From Trichoplax adhaerens (taxonomy: Eukaryota; Animalia; Placozoa), in NCBI RefSeq assembly GCF_000150275.1, contig NW_002060946.1:2685454-2749453 (forward strand): a DNA stretch of 64,000 bases. Direction: 5' to 3'. A program made the position numbers and the translations under genes. Under the pieces are notes generated by a model. The model searched no databases, had not been told where the DNA came from, and saw only the letters and a program-made list of their open reading frames with translations. Of the stretch, positions 23,201-35,659 are shown piece after piece. Position 1 is the first letter of the stretch. Every line of letters starts with the position of its first letter.

Positions 23201-26200
23201 GCTTAATTTTTTTGCATCTATTGGAAACAGCAACATTTCTTCTTTCGCCAGATTCACAACTATAACACCATCAACTGCAGCTGCAATTACCGCTAACTTC
23301 TAAAAGATGCGATTAGCGTACAATCATTGAATTACATGCTAATACAAAGAAGATTGAATTACGAGAAAATGATACCCGTAGCTTGATATTTTAAGTCACC
23401 AATAATTTTCTTTTCATGGTTGTAACGGTACAATGAGATAATTACTACATTATACCTAAATGTTTCAACAGTAGTCATGATAAATTAGCTGGCAAGATAT
23501 CCTGCTGTCTGAATTGGATTACTACGTGATAATCCTTGACGATGCTAAATGTTTTACTAACTTAAGCAAGCCAGGCTTCAATCTATAGCAGCAATATAAG
23601 TTTACGTTGATGATCTTATCAGTCTAATTGTCAAGCTTTAAAGAATGGCTTCACATACAGACTGAAAATACTATAAAATTGACGGCATTATGTAGAATCT
23701 TTCTACAACTGAAATATTATTAACTACTCAAATCCAGTCCCTTCGAATAAAATATATTGCCTCTATGTTGTTCTCGCTCACCAGTAGCTGCATATTTTGA
23801 GAGTATCCAAAATAAATTTGCTATTAATATAATCGATAGTTGAGAGCCAGTTAGTAGGCACCTACCGCTTCACTACATAGCATTTGAAGACGGAGGTAAT
23901 GATATACTTCATTGTTTTTTTGAGAATATTCTATAATAGGATTAAGGGATGAAATAGATGTGTAGTTCATTTTGTCCGTGGTTGGATTTCGTGTACTGTA
24001 ATGTGCACTTGCAGTATGCACATAAAATGCCAATGGCTAAATATTTCTAGATGTATCTTCATTGCTAATTTCTTGTGGAATATCGATTGATGGAGTCCAT
24101 TTGAATTAACATGTATATTTTATATAAGCACATACTGCTATCACAGCCATATTGACTTTTATGTGCATACAAAATACATAAGAATGGCTCATTTTGCAAG
24201 TCTTTTCATACTCATAGTGAGTAAGATTTAATTGGCATATTTTATTTATTCATTTTACTAAACCAATATGAGTAAATACACCATGATATTAATTTGTAAC
24301 TTTTTTATACATACGAGATAAATTAAGTACTCTCATGTTCGTAACCAGTCTATCTTCTTTCTGTTTACGATGAGTAAATCCCTGCTGTAATTTCGTGAGG
24401 AGTTACCTGACTCTCTTTACCTTCTATAATGCCATCACAAGCTTGATTAATTTGCTATGCAAGAGACTAATTCGTAGCTAGTTGTGCTAATCTAAACACG
24501 AATTAGAATATCTAATTACTGATCGTATGATCAACCTCAATCAACCAACACGTTTTATGTTATACAGTAGTGGCTATATTATATATTACCTAGGCTATTG
24601 TTTTTGTTTGATTATATTATTTTTAATTTGATTGTTGTTATATAACAGTCCATCGACGAATTAATCAAGGCATAAGTACAACACCCGCTAGTATGAGCTT
24701 CTTGTATATTTATTACCAATTGGAGATGATGGCATAGCTAGGTAAAACCCTTAAAACCGTTTAATTGTCTCTCTATCCATCTCTATTTTACCCTCTGTTT
24801 GCAATAGTTAAGAATAGATCATTGCGAAAAAAAAAGTCCACTTGTTTATAAACTACCAATTATTGCCACTATTGATGGCAGGTAGATTGTGCATATTCTG
24901 CAATCTGTATTATGCCTATTCTCGTTTTCTTGCTAATGTTTTGCTTATTAACATTTTTTTGTCTAACATGATAAATCATAGACTTTTTCACACTATTGTA
25001 TAATGACATTAATATTAAGATTAATTTCTTTAGCATATTTACGCTTCACTGTTTGTGATCACTGATAATCAACTTGGTTACTCCCTTAATCTAAAAGTCG
25101 AAAACGCTTCATTATAATTATTAATTGTGATCTTCCCTTACTACTTTCTAGTAGTTCATTTAAATTAGCCATCTTTTATCGATAGATTAGATAATAGCTC
25201 TAACTCTCCGATTAATATAATTATTTTACATTTAATAATTATAATCGCACATGACTTGCTATCGTTCCCGCTATCGTCTGCCATAATGATCATCTATTCT
25301 TAATCGGTAGTTTAATAGATCTAAATGCAATAGTTCAAATTTAAATTGAATCCAATCTATAATAAGAGAGGTTGTATGAATTATATTATTGCCCAGTAAT
25401 AAAATTGTAATCAGCATTAAATTTCAACATTTACTGATGGCATTAATTTCACTAAATACTATCATTAGTCACTTTACGTAGAGAGGAGAAAATGGAGTAT
25501 AAAATGAAGAAAATAATCGCGGTACTAGGGATATTCTGCATTATCTAATAGACATTGTCAATTTAAATATATGTGCATAAACAATAGCCAAAGACAAGGG
25601 GTATAATTAGAGCCACCACTTTTCCATCCATAGGGAGGAGCTCCTTTTAGTATCCAAATCAATGCACATGAGACGAATTCTTAATTATTTTTTATTTCAA
25701 TATCTTGACCTTTCCAACGATTTTAATCCAATCCAATATAAGGACATACTGTAGAGTTGATGTTGGCTATTTTTTTAAAGTCTTGAAGGCTAATACCCCA
25801 TTTTAAAATAAGTTTCTACAAAAATTGAATACAATTTTGCCATCAACAGTATCCGTTAGCACCAATGTCAAAAGGAGACTGCCTTTTCACATGATACAAA
25901 TCATCGTATTGACCACTATAGTATTGGACAATAGCCTATTGATATATAGGAAAAAGTATGTACAGTATTTGCATTTAATTAAAATTCCTCTTTAATTTAA
26001 TATTGAAATCTGTTCCGTATTATGATCGTTTTATTTTTAGTAGCAATTGTCTTAAAAATTTTCTTGATCCAATCAAACTTCTATCGCCTCTAATTATACC
26101 TTACATTACTGCTCTACTGTACTCATATGGTTATTAAGAAGAAGAATATTTCTTGGTATCTCTTAACTAGACAACTATAGCTCTAGCAATATTACATCGG

Positions 26201-26240
26201 TACTGATGTCAGATTTTAATCTTTACTTTTCTTAACTTAG

Positions 26241-29200
26241 ACGAGATCGTTTCGACAACATTATCATCACCAGAGCTGATCGAATGGAGTGATCCATATG
26301 AAGTGGTATTGGTTAGGACAGCCACTGATACAAAGTTGGGATTTTATATCAGCAGTTCGAAGGTAAGTTGAGAATGAACTACAATAAAAATGCTGTATCA
26401 AAGCGTTGGAGTTCTTCCTAGTCAACTTATTTTAGTCAAGCTTAGATTCGATAAACTTTTCTAAGGGTAATATTGCATCGCCTTCTTTATTTTATTTATG
26501 AATACACTTAACGGTATAACCGTACTACGAATTATTTACTATTAAAAATCGAACATACGATGTTGTATGGTGTAAAATCTAACGATGAGTGCTGTAAAAA
26601 GATTACCAACAACTGAAATGGGATACAGATTTTAATTTTGCTATACGAATTCTATTAGTCAATACTTGAAGATTAGATTTTTAGCGATTATTTGCCGTTA
26701 AGTTATATCAAATATTGTTTTGTAAGACATACAGGGCATAAATATTATCGTTTTAGAGGAAATCTTGGCTATTTGTTTTATAATTTCGATTTACGTTCGA
26801 TTGGCTCAATTTAAAGTTTAGTATTCAAACTGGGTGCTATAGTTGCGATTTGTCATCCGTTAAAAACAGCTTGGTCTTTACATAATCTTCTCGAAATATT
26901 TTTATAGTTCATTTAACTTGCATATTTTTATGTTACTTTCAATATTATCCATTTACGTCTCACAATATTCGAATTTGAGTTAGAAGGCCATGAGGAATGT
27001 GAAACATGTTCATAATTCCATTAATAATATAAAATGATTTGAGTTTAGCTTTTGGCTGTATCAATTTACTCGGTTGTGTTATACATCTGTATTCACAAGT
27101 ATAAACGTTATATAGAAAACAAGTTTCTTTAAATTCTACATAAATTCCTTTTTTCGAGGATTGAGAGTTGAGACTAAGCTTAGTGGTGAATTTCTTTATT
27201 ATACTGTTTACGCCGATCAGGATCTTAAAGTTTTGAGTTAAAGCTAGGGAAGTAAAACTGAACTAAATTAATCGAAGGAATTGAATCCATTTATATTTCC
27301 TTAATAAAAGAATTGATTCATTACCAACTAACGTATTGAAGGAAAGATTAAAACACGGTAAAGATATATCTTCTTAATACAGTCATGTACGCATGAACGA
27401 AATATGTCAGTTTTAATAGGATAAGAATAAGATGCAATGAAGAAAGGCGTATATTCAGTAATCCGATTTTTTTGCTTAGTCGAATGCATTATTCTCGGCA
27501 TGGAATCCACCAAAGGCACACCATATTCAGTGATAATCTTAGTAGTATAGGGCAGGGATACAGGTAATACTAAAAGGTTATTGTTTTATTTTATCCTATT
27601 TAATTTCCTATTTTTCTTCCCTTAATTACCCAAATTGGATTATAAGAATGTTTTAGTGAATTATTACTAATAAAAATGTTGTATGATCACATCATTTTGT
27701 TTTTGATGCTAGTTCATCAAGTTAATGTATAAGGTTAGATGCACTAAAACTTTCAAGCATCGTTTCCCAGGCATAGATTCTTGTATACTGCACTATAATT
27801 TAGCCATACCATCTGCCATAGAATGTGCCGTTCGAATGTTCTAAATTCTTACTGAATTATAACTAAAATTCTGATAAAATATATCAGAACTGACTTAGTT
27901 TAAGGCGTCATCCAGAGAATGGTACAAAAGATATACTTTTAAAGATCTTGAAATCTTACTTCTGCGATAGGTTATGAGTCATAGAAAGACGATTTGGATG
28001 TTTTCGATATAAACTTCTTTTATATTTATTCTACTTTTGTAACACTTTCGCTACTTAATTTCGATTTAATTATTATTAAAGAATAAACTGTAAAGCCATC
28101 GCCGGATGAAGAAGTTATATTTATCAAATTACTTTTATCACTTATGCTACGATAACGATATGGCTATATTCATGAGAATGAACGTGGCACTTTTATGAAC
28201 TTTCAGTTAACTTAATAGGAATTCTCAGAAGTCAAATTATAAGCAGTACATCACTAGAGGTATTTTCTATAGATTCTAGTGGGACTAAAGTTAAAATTGA
28301 ATCAACGTAGACAGGCATTATTCTACATATCCTAAATTTCAACGTAACTCCTTTGCATGCAAAAAGGTCAAGTTTAAAATTATTTTGTGGAGTATAACAC
28401 TTATTGAACTTGTAACAGCTTATTATTGCTTCCTATAACACTTACTACAGTTCTTAACTCATTTTTATTGGTAAGAAAGGTTCTAGCACTATAATAGTAT
28501 GTATTAAGTTAGGATATGAGAATCAATCTCCAATATCAAGGAAGTAGAAGATATCTATACTTCATCTTGATATTGTACTAGGTTATATTTTATATATTCT
28601 CCAAAATCGGTGATAACATTACGATTTAAGAAGGGAGTGAGACAGATCGAGGCGGCCAAAATTATTGCTAGGTTGAAATATCTTTGCAATAAAACTTCCA
28701 AGGAAAGAAATCATTCGTCTAAGTAAAATTTTTTATTTCTTTAATTGAGTGAGTTATTAATACACGCGACTAAGACATCACGTATTTATCGGAATTGACG
28801 AAAACTAAGTTATAACACTAATGTATGACAAACATTGGCCTTCTATTTCTATTAGATCTGTCTAAATTTCATTTGAATTTTATTGTAGCATCACTCTTGT
28901 CAATAAATTAGAAACCGTACAATTTATCGTTGACTTGAGATGTATCTTCAAACTTTGCTATTCTATGGTCTTCAACGAATAAAAAAATATAGTTACTGTA
29001 CTGCTATGACAAGCAATTGCTAAATGTTGTAGAATTCAATTTCTATAACTATTACTATAAAATTTGAAAAGTAAATTGAAATTGGACAAATTTATCATAT
29101 AATCTGAGTCATGTTTTACTTTATTGGTCGTCAGAATACACAGCGGTATTTATTTTACACGAAATTGTAGTGTCCAATTATAAATAGGATTTAATATCGA

Positions 29201-32200
29201 CTAGCAAATAAATACAGCTGGTCACCGTAATGTGGCGAGTACGAGTTATTTCATTTATTATTAACAAAATGATAAAATGCTGATTATGTGGTTCGAAAAT
29301 TTTGCTTCTCTTTGATGCATTTGGAACTAAGTTTATTCCATATACTTTGTTAGCTATCGTATTATATAATTTATTGGATGGTAAAACATTTGTTTCATTC
29401 GCTATGGATCTTGTGCAAATAATAATATGAAAGTTATTCTCGCTGAGAGAGGACTGCTTAAAGCAACTAAGTCTGATAATAATACTAGTCTTAGCTAAAT
29501 GTTTCATAGTAATCTACTGCAAAGGTTATAAAGTAGATTTTGAAATATCTTTTCCAGAATCAGTACCTATAAAATTAAGATCATTTGATTAAATTATTTT
29601 GGTATTTGTAATAAATTAGTAATAATTTTATTGACTATTAGGAAATTGCTAATTTCCCATTGAATACGAGTTAAAAGATTTAATTTGATATGCAAAGTGT
29701 ATGATTTTGGGTTAAGGACTGAAATGTTTTATAAAAATATTATGATATAAGTTTCTTTTTTCTGTATTTGCTCAAATCAAAATTCAAATATGGGGATTAC
29801 TAAGGGTCCGAAGTTTTGACCGAACAAACAGATTCCTTAATGCTGCCTAAGTTATCATGTTATCGTGCAATTTGTTATATAGTCTTTAAGCTTAGTAGGC
29901 CAGCTATACAATTCTTAGATATAATTCTTTAATACGGATAATCTACTGACTACGGCAAGCTTCATCTACTATATTACTTTCATGATGATTCAGAATCATT
30001 GCTTTATCATTAATGTGCTCGGATTATCGTCTTAATTCGTAGTAGTACCATGAATGTATGATTTTAAAAATATATTAACACGGCATCGTCTTTTTATTGA
30101 CAATATAGCACCCAATTCGATCTGAGGAAACTTATACAATTATCAATAACATCAAATCGGATAGTATTGCAGATCGTGAACCTGGTCTATTAGTTGGTTG
30201 TCGCATTCTCGCTGTTAATCAAATACATTTGATTGGCAAAAGTTTAGATGAAGCTTATCGTACACTAGCATCATCTCCACCAGAGAATCCACTAATTTTA
30301 TGTCTAGCTAAACCTTTATATCTTCGACCAGGACTATCTATATCAACACCTCACCGATACAGCTTTGGTAATCGCTCCCCTCCATCTCAAATTACTAAAT
30401 TTTTATCCGTTCAAGCACAACGTCGACGAGTAAATTCTTGCGGAGAAGAATACCAACGAAATCGTCATATTATGGAAATGGAGAATAACGCCCCCAGTAA
30501 TCAGAATAATGGTAACAATTCACGATATCATGATTCCCATTCTCAATCAACAACTGCCTCCGGTGTCTCTGGCCCCAGAAAATATTCGCCACCATCAGAT
30601 GCAACTATTTCAGAAAGATCCGGCTATAATCATGCTTCTAATGCAAATCAAGCTAATTATCCTGAACATCCGACATCATATCATCGACATAGCGAAGTCG
30701 ACGGAAGTTATGGACCAACTAACAGCAATGATAACCAAAGTAATAATAATAAATGGCGTGGTAGTAGCGCTGTTTCACAATCAAATTTTGTCAATAATGA
30801 AAATGCTAATACTTCCGCTAATTCATATAATGTTTCTCGTGGGCCTATTGGACGCAATGTTCCCGTACCACCTGTACGCCAAAGTGGTAAAGTTGCTCGA
30901 GTCTCAATTGGTGGTTCAGTATCTAGAGTAACTGTTCCGACGTTAAATGATCGTCAGCGATCAGTTAGTGCGACAGAACTAACCAAAGGCGTTGTTAATT
31001 CTGCCAGCAATAGTAATCCTCCAACGGTTACAACGAGTCGTACGGTTGTTACTAAAGGCCCACATGGCAATAAGGCTGTTGCTAGTCGATCAGTTTCGAC
31101 GTCTGCTATAGCACTTGGCAGTAATGGACAAGCTAAAACGAGCATTACTGTTAAAACAGGCCACAGACATACGATGAATACAGTTGTGGATATGCCCCCT
31201 AAAGTAGTTCGACAACATAAGCAATATCTTCCGGTTACTGGAGGCACTACATTGGTTAAATCCAATGAAGGAGAAATTAACGATCGAGCTAGTGGAAACA
31301 TAGTAACTACGGCAAAAAATCAAATTTCCATTAATATGAGAAAGAATATCAGTAGTACAAGTAATAATGACAGTCAATCAGGGGCCTATGGCCCAAAGCA
31401 AAGTTCTGGAAGAATTGTTATTTCAACTTCTAAGCGAACTGTTATTAATAAGAGAAAAAGTGATCCAAATGAAAGAGGCCAGCCTAAAGTAACCACGAAT
31501 GAGGGCTCTAGGTCAGCAACGCCGACACCAACTCATGACAAAAGCAAAGGTTTTGCGCTGGGATCAGGAGCACAACCGCAAGAAGAGGACTCTAGTGATT
31601 CTTTGAACTACCCTACAGCATGGAGGCAAAATACAAAAACAATTAAATTAGAATCTAGTCGAAGCGATGAACCTTTAGGAATTGATGTCCAAGTTATTGA
31701 CGTAAGTATTAGCTAATTCAATAGAAGAAAGAGATTTGTTATAGTTTTATGATCGTGTGTGTGATGAGTTGTTATATTCTTGGGAGCGTATTAATCATCG
31801 TTGTTACTGTATCACGTATTTATACATCAATAGGATCCTGAAAATCATGGGCATTCTTGCACTATTGTTACCAAGTTGGCCAGTAACAGTATTACAACTC
31901 GGGCTAAAGTAATCTCAGTTTATGATCGATTAGTATCAATCAATGATCTAAGTCTGGAAGATATACCATCGCAAAGTGCAGATGAAATTATTAAAACTGC
32001 AGGTAGAGGAACATGGAAACTAGTGATGCGACAAGTGCTAACTAACCAAGAAAAAGATGCCAAAGAAGTAAAGTCTATGGATTCTACTAGAGTTGAAGAA
32101 ACAATACAAGGTTAGCTTGTCATATACATGTTGTACAACTTGTACGGAAGTAGATGACCGAGTGTAATTGAGCAATGTTAGACGATGCTACCCAATAAAA

Positions 32201-33326
32201 CTGTTACACCAATTTTAAATTGAAATTAAGCTCTAGAATATTTATAACCAATGATAATATAATTAATTAATCAAGCTGTTATATGTTTTTCTTTCTGATA
32301 TCATTAGCTGAAAGTGCTCTAGTTGCTGAAGGAATTATCACCTTAGACGACAATGAAGATAAATTGTCGGAAATACGCCGATTAGCAGTAACGGATCCGC
32401 ATCAAATTATATGGTCAAGTTCTACTGAAACGATCGATGTGGCCAAAATTGATAACCGTTTAGGTTGCAAAATTGTTCCTAAAAAGGTGCAAACTTTTAT
32501 CAAGAATCCTATAGTAGTTTCAATTGTTGTTAATTTCCTTTAGTTGACTTTAACACAGTATTAGAAGGAAGTGCGGAGCAGTAAACGACGACGGTGAAAT
32601 AATATTTAATTTCATCATTATTATAATTCTTTTAGCGTCCTAACAATCCTTCAAGCAATGACATGATTATACAAAATATTGTGAGCGGCAGTAGTGTTGA
32701 TAGAGATGGTCGGATACACCCTGGTGATCTTTTAGTGGCAATTAATAATGTTTCATTAGAAGAGAAATCCTCCATTGAAACTACAAAATTAATTGAGGAA
32801 TCACCTTCCGAGCAGTTTATCCGACTAACATTCAAGAAGCCAATCGATATAAGAGGTTATGGACAAGAAGAGAAATCAACTTATATAGAAGATGCAGAAC
32901 CAGGTGTCGCTAAATTACCGGATCAATTATTTGATACCGTTGGGGCTGAAGAATCCCTTTCGAATTTGGCCGAAAGATCAGATGAGAGATCAGTATCAAC
33001 AGAGTCATCCAAGGCTGTAACTCAAGATTCTATAGCTACACCTGAATTGAGGATTATTCCAGATACCCCTCAATCAGGAACTTCTGGCGATTTCAATACA
33101 GCATTTGCTAATGCTTCATTGCAACGTCTCCACTCTCCATCTTCACTACCTGTTATCATTAATAGTGATGCTGGAGATAGGGGGAAAAGTGATGATCCAA
33201 TTTTTATCAAACCGAAATCTCCTGCAGTGGCGGCTGGAAATCAACACAAAGTAGATCAGCCAAAGCCTCATCATACTGAGACCAAGGAAGTTTTACCAAG
33301 TATTATCGAAATAAAAGATATATCAG
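26241..33326 (+). CDS. Multi-PDZ region (three MPDZ/PATJ-like PDZ domains with a long S/N/T-rich linker); predicted 5' half of a PDZ-Roco gene; start exon unresolved
   Basis: Exons 26241-26362, 30109-31701, 31834-32110, 32308-32486, 32636-33326 join in frame. PDZ1: WSDPYEVVLVRTATDTKLGFYISSSK|HPI...GLLVGCRILAVNQ...AKPL. PDZ2: TIKLESSRSDEPLGIDVQVID|DPE...YDRLVSIND. PDZ3: IDVAKIDNRLGCKIVPKK|...GSSVDRDGRIHPGDLLVAINNVSLE. Candidate start exon ATGGCAG|gt at 24875-24881. The last exon ends at a phase-1 donor (TCAG|gtaag). Confidence 0.82.
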
Positions 33327-34879
33327 GTAAGCAATTTACTAGCTTTACTAGGCGATATAGTGTTGTACTATAGTACCCGTATATCGGAGGCTAAAAACGT
33401 TACTCAATTAACGCTAATCTGATCACATGCTAACGTCCTCCGTAATCAATATTCTACAACAAAATAGTCAAGTTGAATATCAATTTTTGACTAGAATGGT
33501 GAAGTTCTCTTGATATCACCTAGCAGTAAAACTTTAAAACACTGCATTTACTAAGTCCGAGGATATCTTTACGCTGAATCATTTTTGTACTTGATGTTTA
33601 TTGGGTTGAATTTTCCATTGATTATTACAACGGAGTCTACCGCATTTATTACTGTTCCAAATGGAAATTTGTAAAACACAGAAAACTAACACTCTATGAG
33701 CCTCTTGTCATTTACCTGCAGTATTACTCTAAATACTGACAATCTCCTATCGTCAGGACGAACAGTAACAGCCCTAGTCTCTCATTTAAATTACACAAAC
33801 CTAAACTTCATTGAAAAGCTAGTCAATTTATAGAATAGAAAACGTCCATAAACATTTTAGCTATCCGTGTACAGTACAGTAATGACAATAGATAGTGCTA
33901 TACATACAGTACAATTATGCAGTTATCTATTATTAAAAATATGTAAAGCGTCATAGATAAATTAATGTAAACACATTCCCAGATAAGTTATCTAATCCTT
34001 GGCATTTTCCCTTTGACTGGTTCATAATTAATTCATTCATTATACAGTACTGTATATATATAACCTATATACTGTATTATTAACGTTTCATTAATAATTT
34101 CTAATTTGTACTGGCGACATCTACGTATATTTTGGGCATTATTTTATAGAACTTTGCTATCAAATTTGTAGAGAATTTGTATTCATACATTGCATTATTG
34201 CAATGACTAAAATATCTTTCTCGGAAGCATCAACATTGATCCGTAGTTGGTGAACAACGCTTGATTGTTGTTGACGATCGCTGCAGTATTCAACAATCTT
34301 TTTATTACGTATCAAGATTTATTTTATTTAATGCTTAATTATTGACCGGCAGTATAGCAAAGTAGTGAAAAAAAGCCCCGGCACAGTATGTCGTCTCTAC
34401 CCCCGTAAATACACCCTTTCAAGCACTGCGGAGGCTTGACTCCATAGGGTTATCGGGTACGCTGCAGTCATAGACCTCTGGTAGTTTGTCTTGTACTTTG
34501 TCTCGTCTCCAAGGACTTTAGTGGCATCCATTTCTACTCTATTTCCTACTAGTAGGTGGCCACACTGTATAGAATAAGTTAAGTATGGAAAACAGTTTCA
34601 AGGCATGGAGGATTGTAAAGTGCAGACAGTATATTACAGTATATTCTAGATCTTCTATACAGAAGAGTAATGAATCCGCACTTCAAAGGATTGCGCGGGT
34701 CACAGAAGAAAGGAACGAACATTCACTAGTGACGCTGCGCTTCAGTTTTGTTGACGACCGCCGCCGTAACTCAACACTAACTTCCACTCACCCTCACTGC
34801 ACGCGTAGCGTTGACAACGTGCACATTCTTCAGTGAAAAAAATTTTCAACTGCCAAGATTTGCAGTAGACATCTTGGAT

Positions 34880-35205
34880 ATTTTTTTTTGCTGGCATCAT
34901 TTCCTTTTGCCTTTCCTTTGAAATATCTGTAGAAAACTAATTCAATATTCTGAGTTTACTGGACGATTGATCATACGATGGCTTTGGATAGATAGTAGTG
35001 AAGTAAAAAGTGTTTTCTTGATAGTATCCATTGGTAGAGTCTTTGACAAGATCACTTTTTGCTAGCATCTTTTCCTTTGAAATATCTTGTCTTTGTAACA
35101 AGCCAATTGAATATTCTTAATTTACTTTAACGATGGATCACGTTATCACTTTGCAGAGATTGTACTATAGTAAAGTAAAAAGGACTTGATAGTATCTTCG
35201 GTCGA
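34880..35205. repeat. Diverged two-copy tandem duplication (~170 bp) in the intron before the Roc exon
   Basis: TTTTTGCT.GCATC.TTTCCTTT...GAAATATCT...AATATTCT...TTTACT...AAGTAAAAAG...CTTGATAGTATC occurs twice (~34885, ~35056). Confidence 0.65.
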
Positions 35206-35659
35206 GTGATTGAATTTAGGCGTAGACGAACAAATTAGAGAATCTGCTGCTTATAGTAGGCATTTCTATCTTATAATCAATTTTTGGGTCGTCCGCCAGA
35301 AAGCCAAAGTAGAGATGTTGTGGTATTTTTAGTTATTAACCTGTAAAGTAATCAATCTATTTGCAAAAATGGACGTATTCGACGAGCATTGTTCATAATT
35401 CTATATGTACTACTGCAGTAAGGAATAAGTATTTTACACAACGCTAAAAAGTTCACAAGGTATTTCACATACAAGACTAACATCATTCAGCGATATTTTT
35501 ATACGACACTTGAGTTCAGCGTAGAGTACCCAGCGTATCTGTAGCAATGTAATGAACGACAGTGAAAGAGTCTGTAGATCCTTGCAACACTGAATATTTG
35601 TGTGGTTTAGCAACGTACGCATACTTTAAACTAAACTATCTTTTCAATATTTTTTCAAT

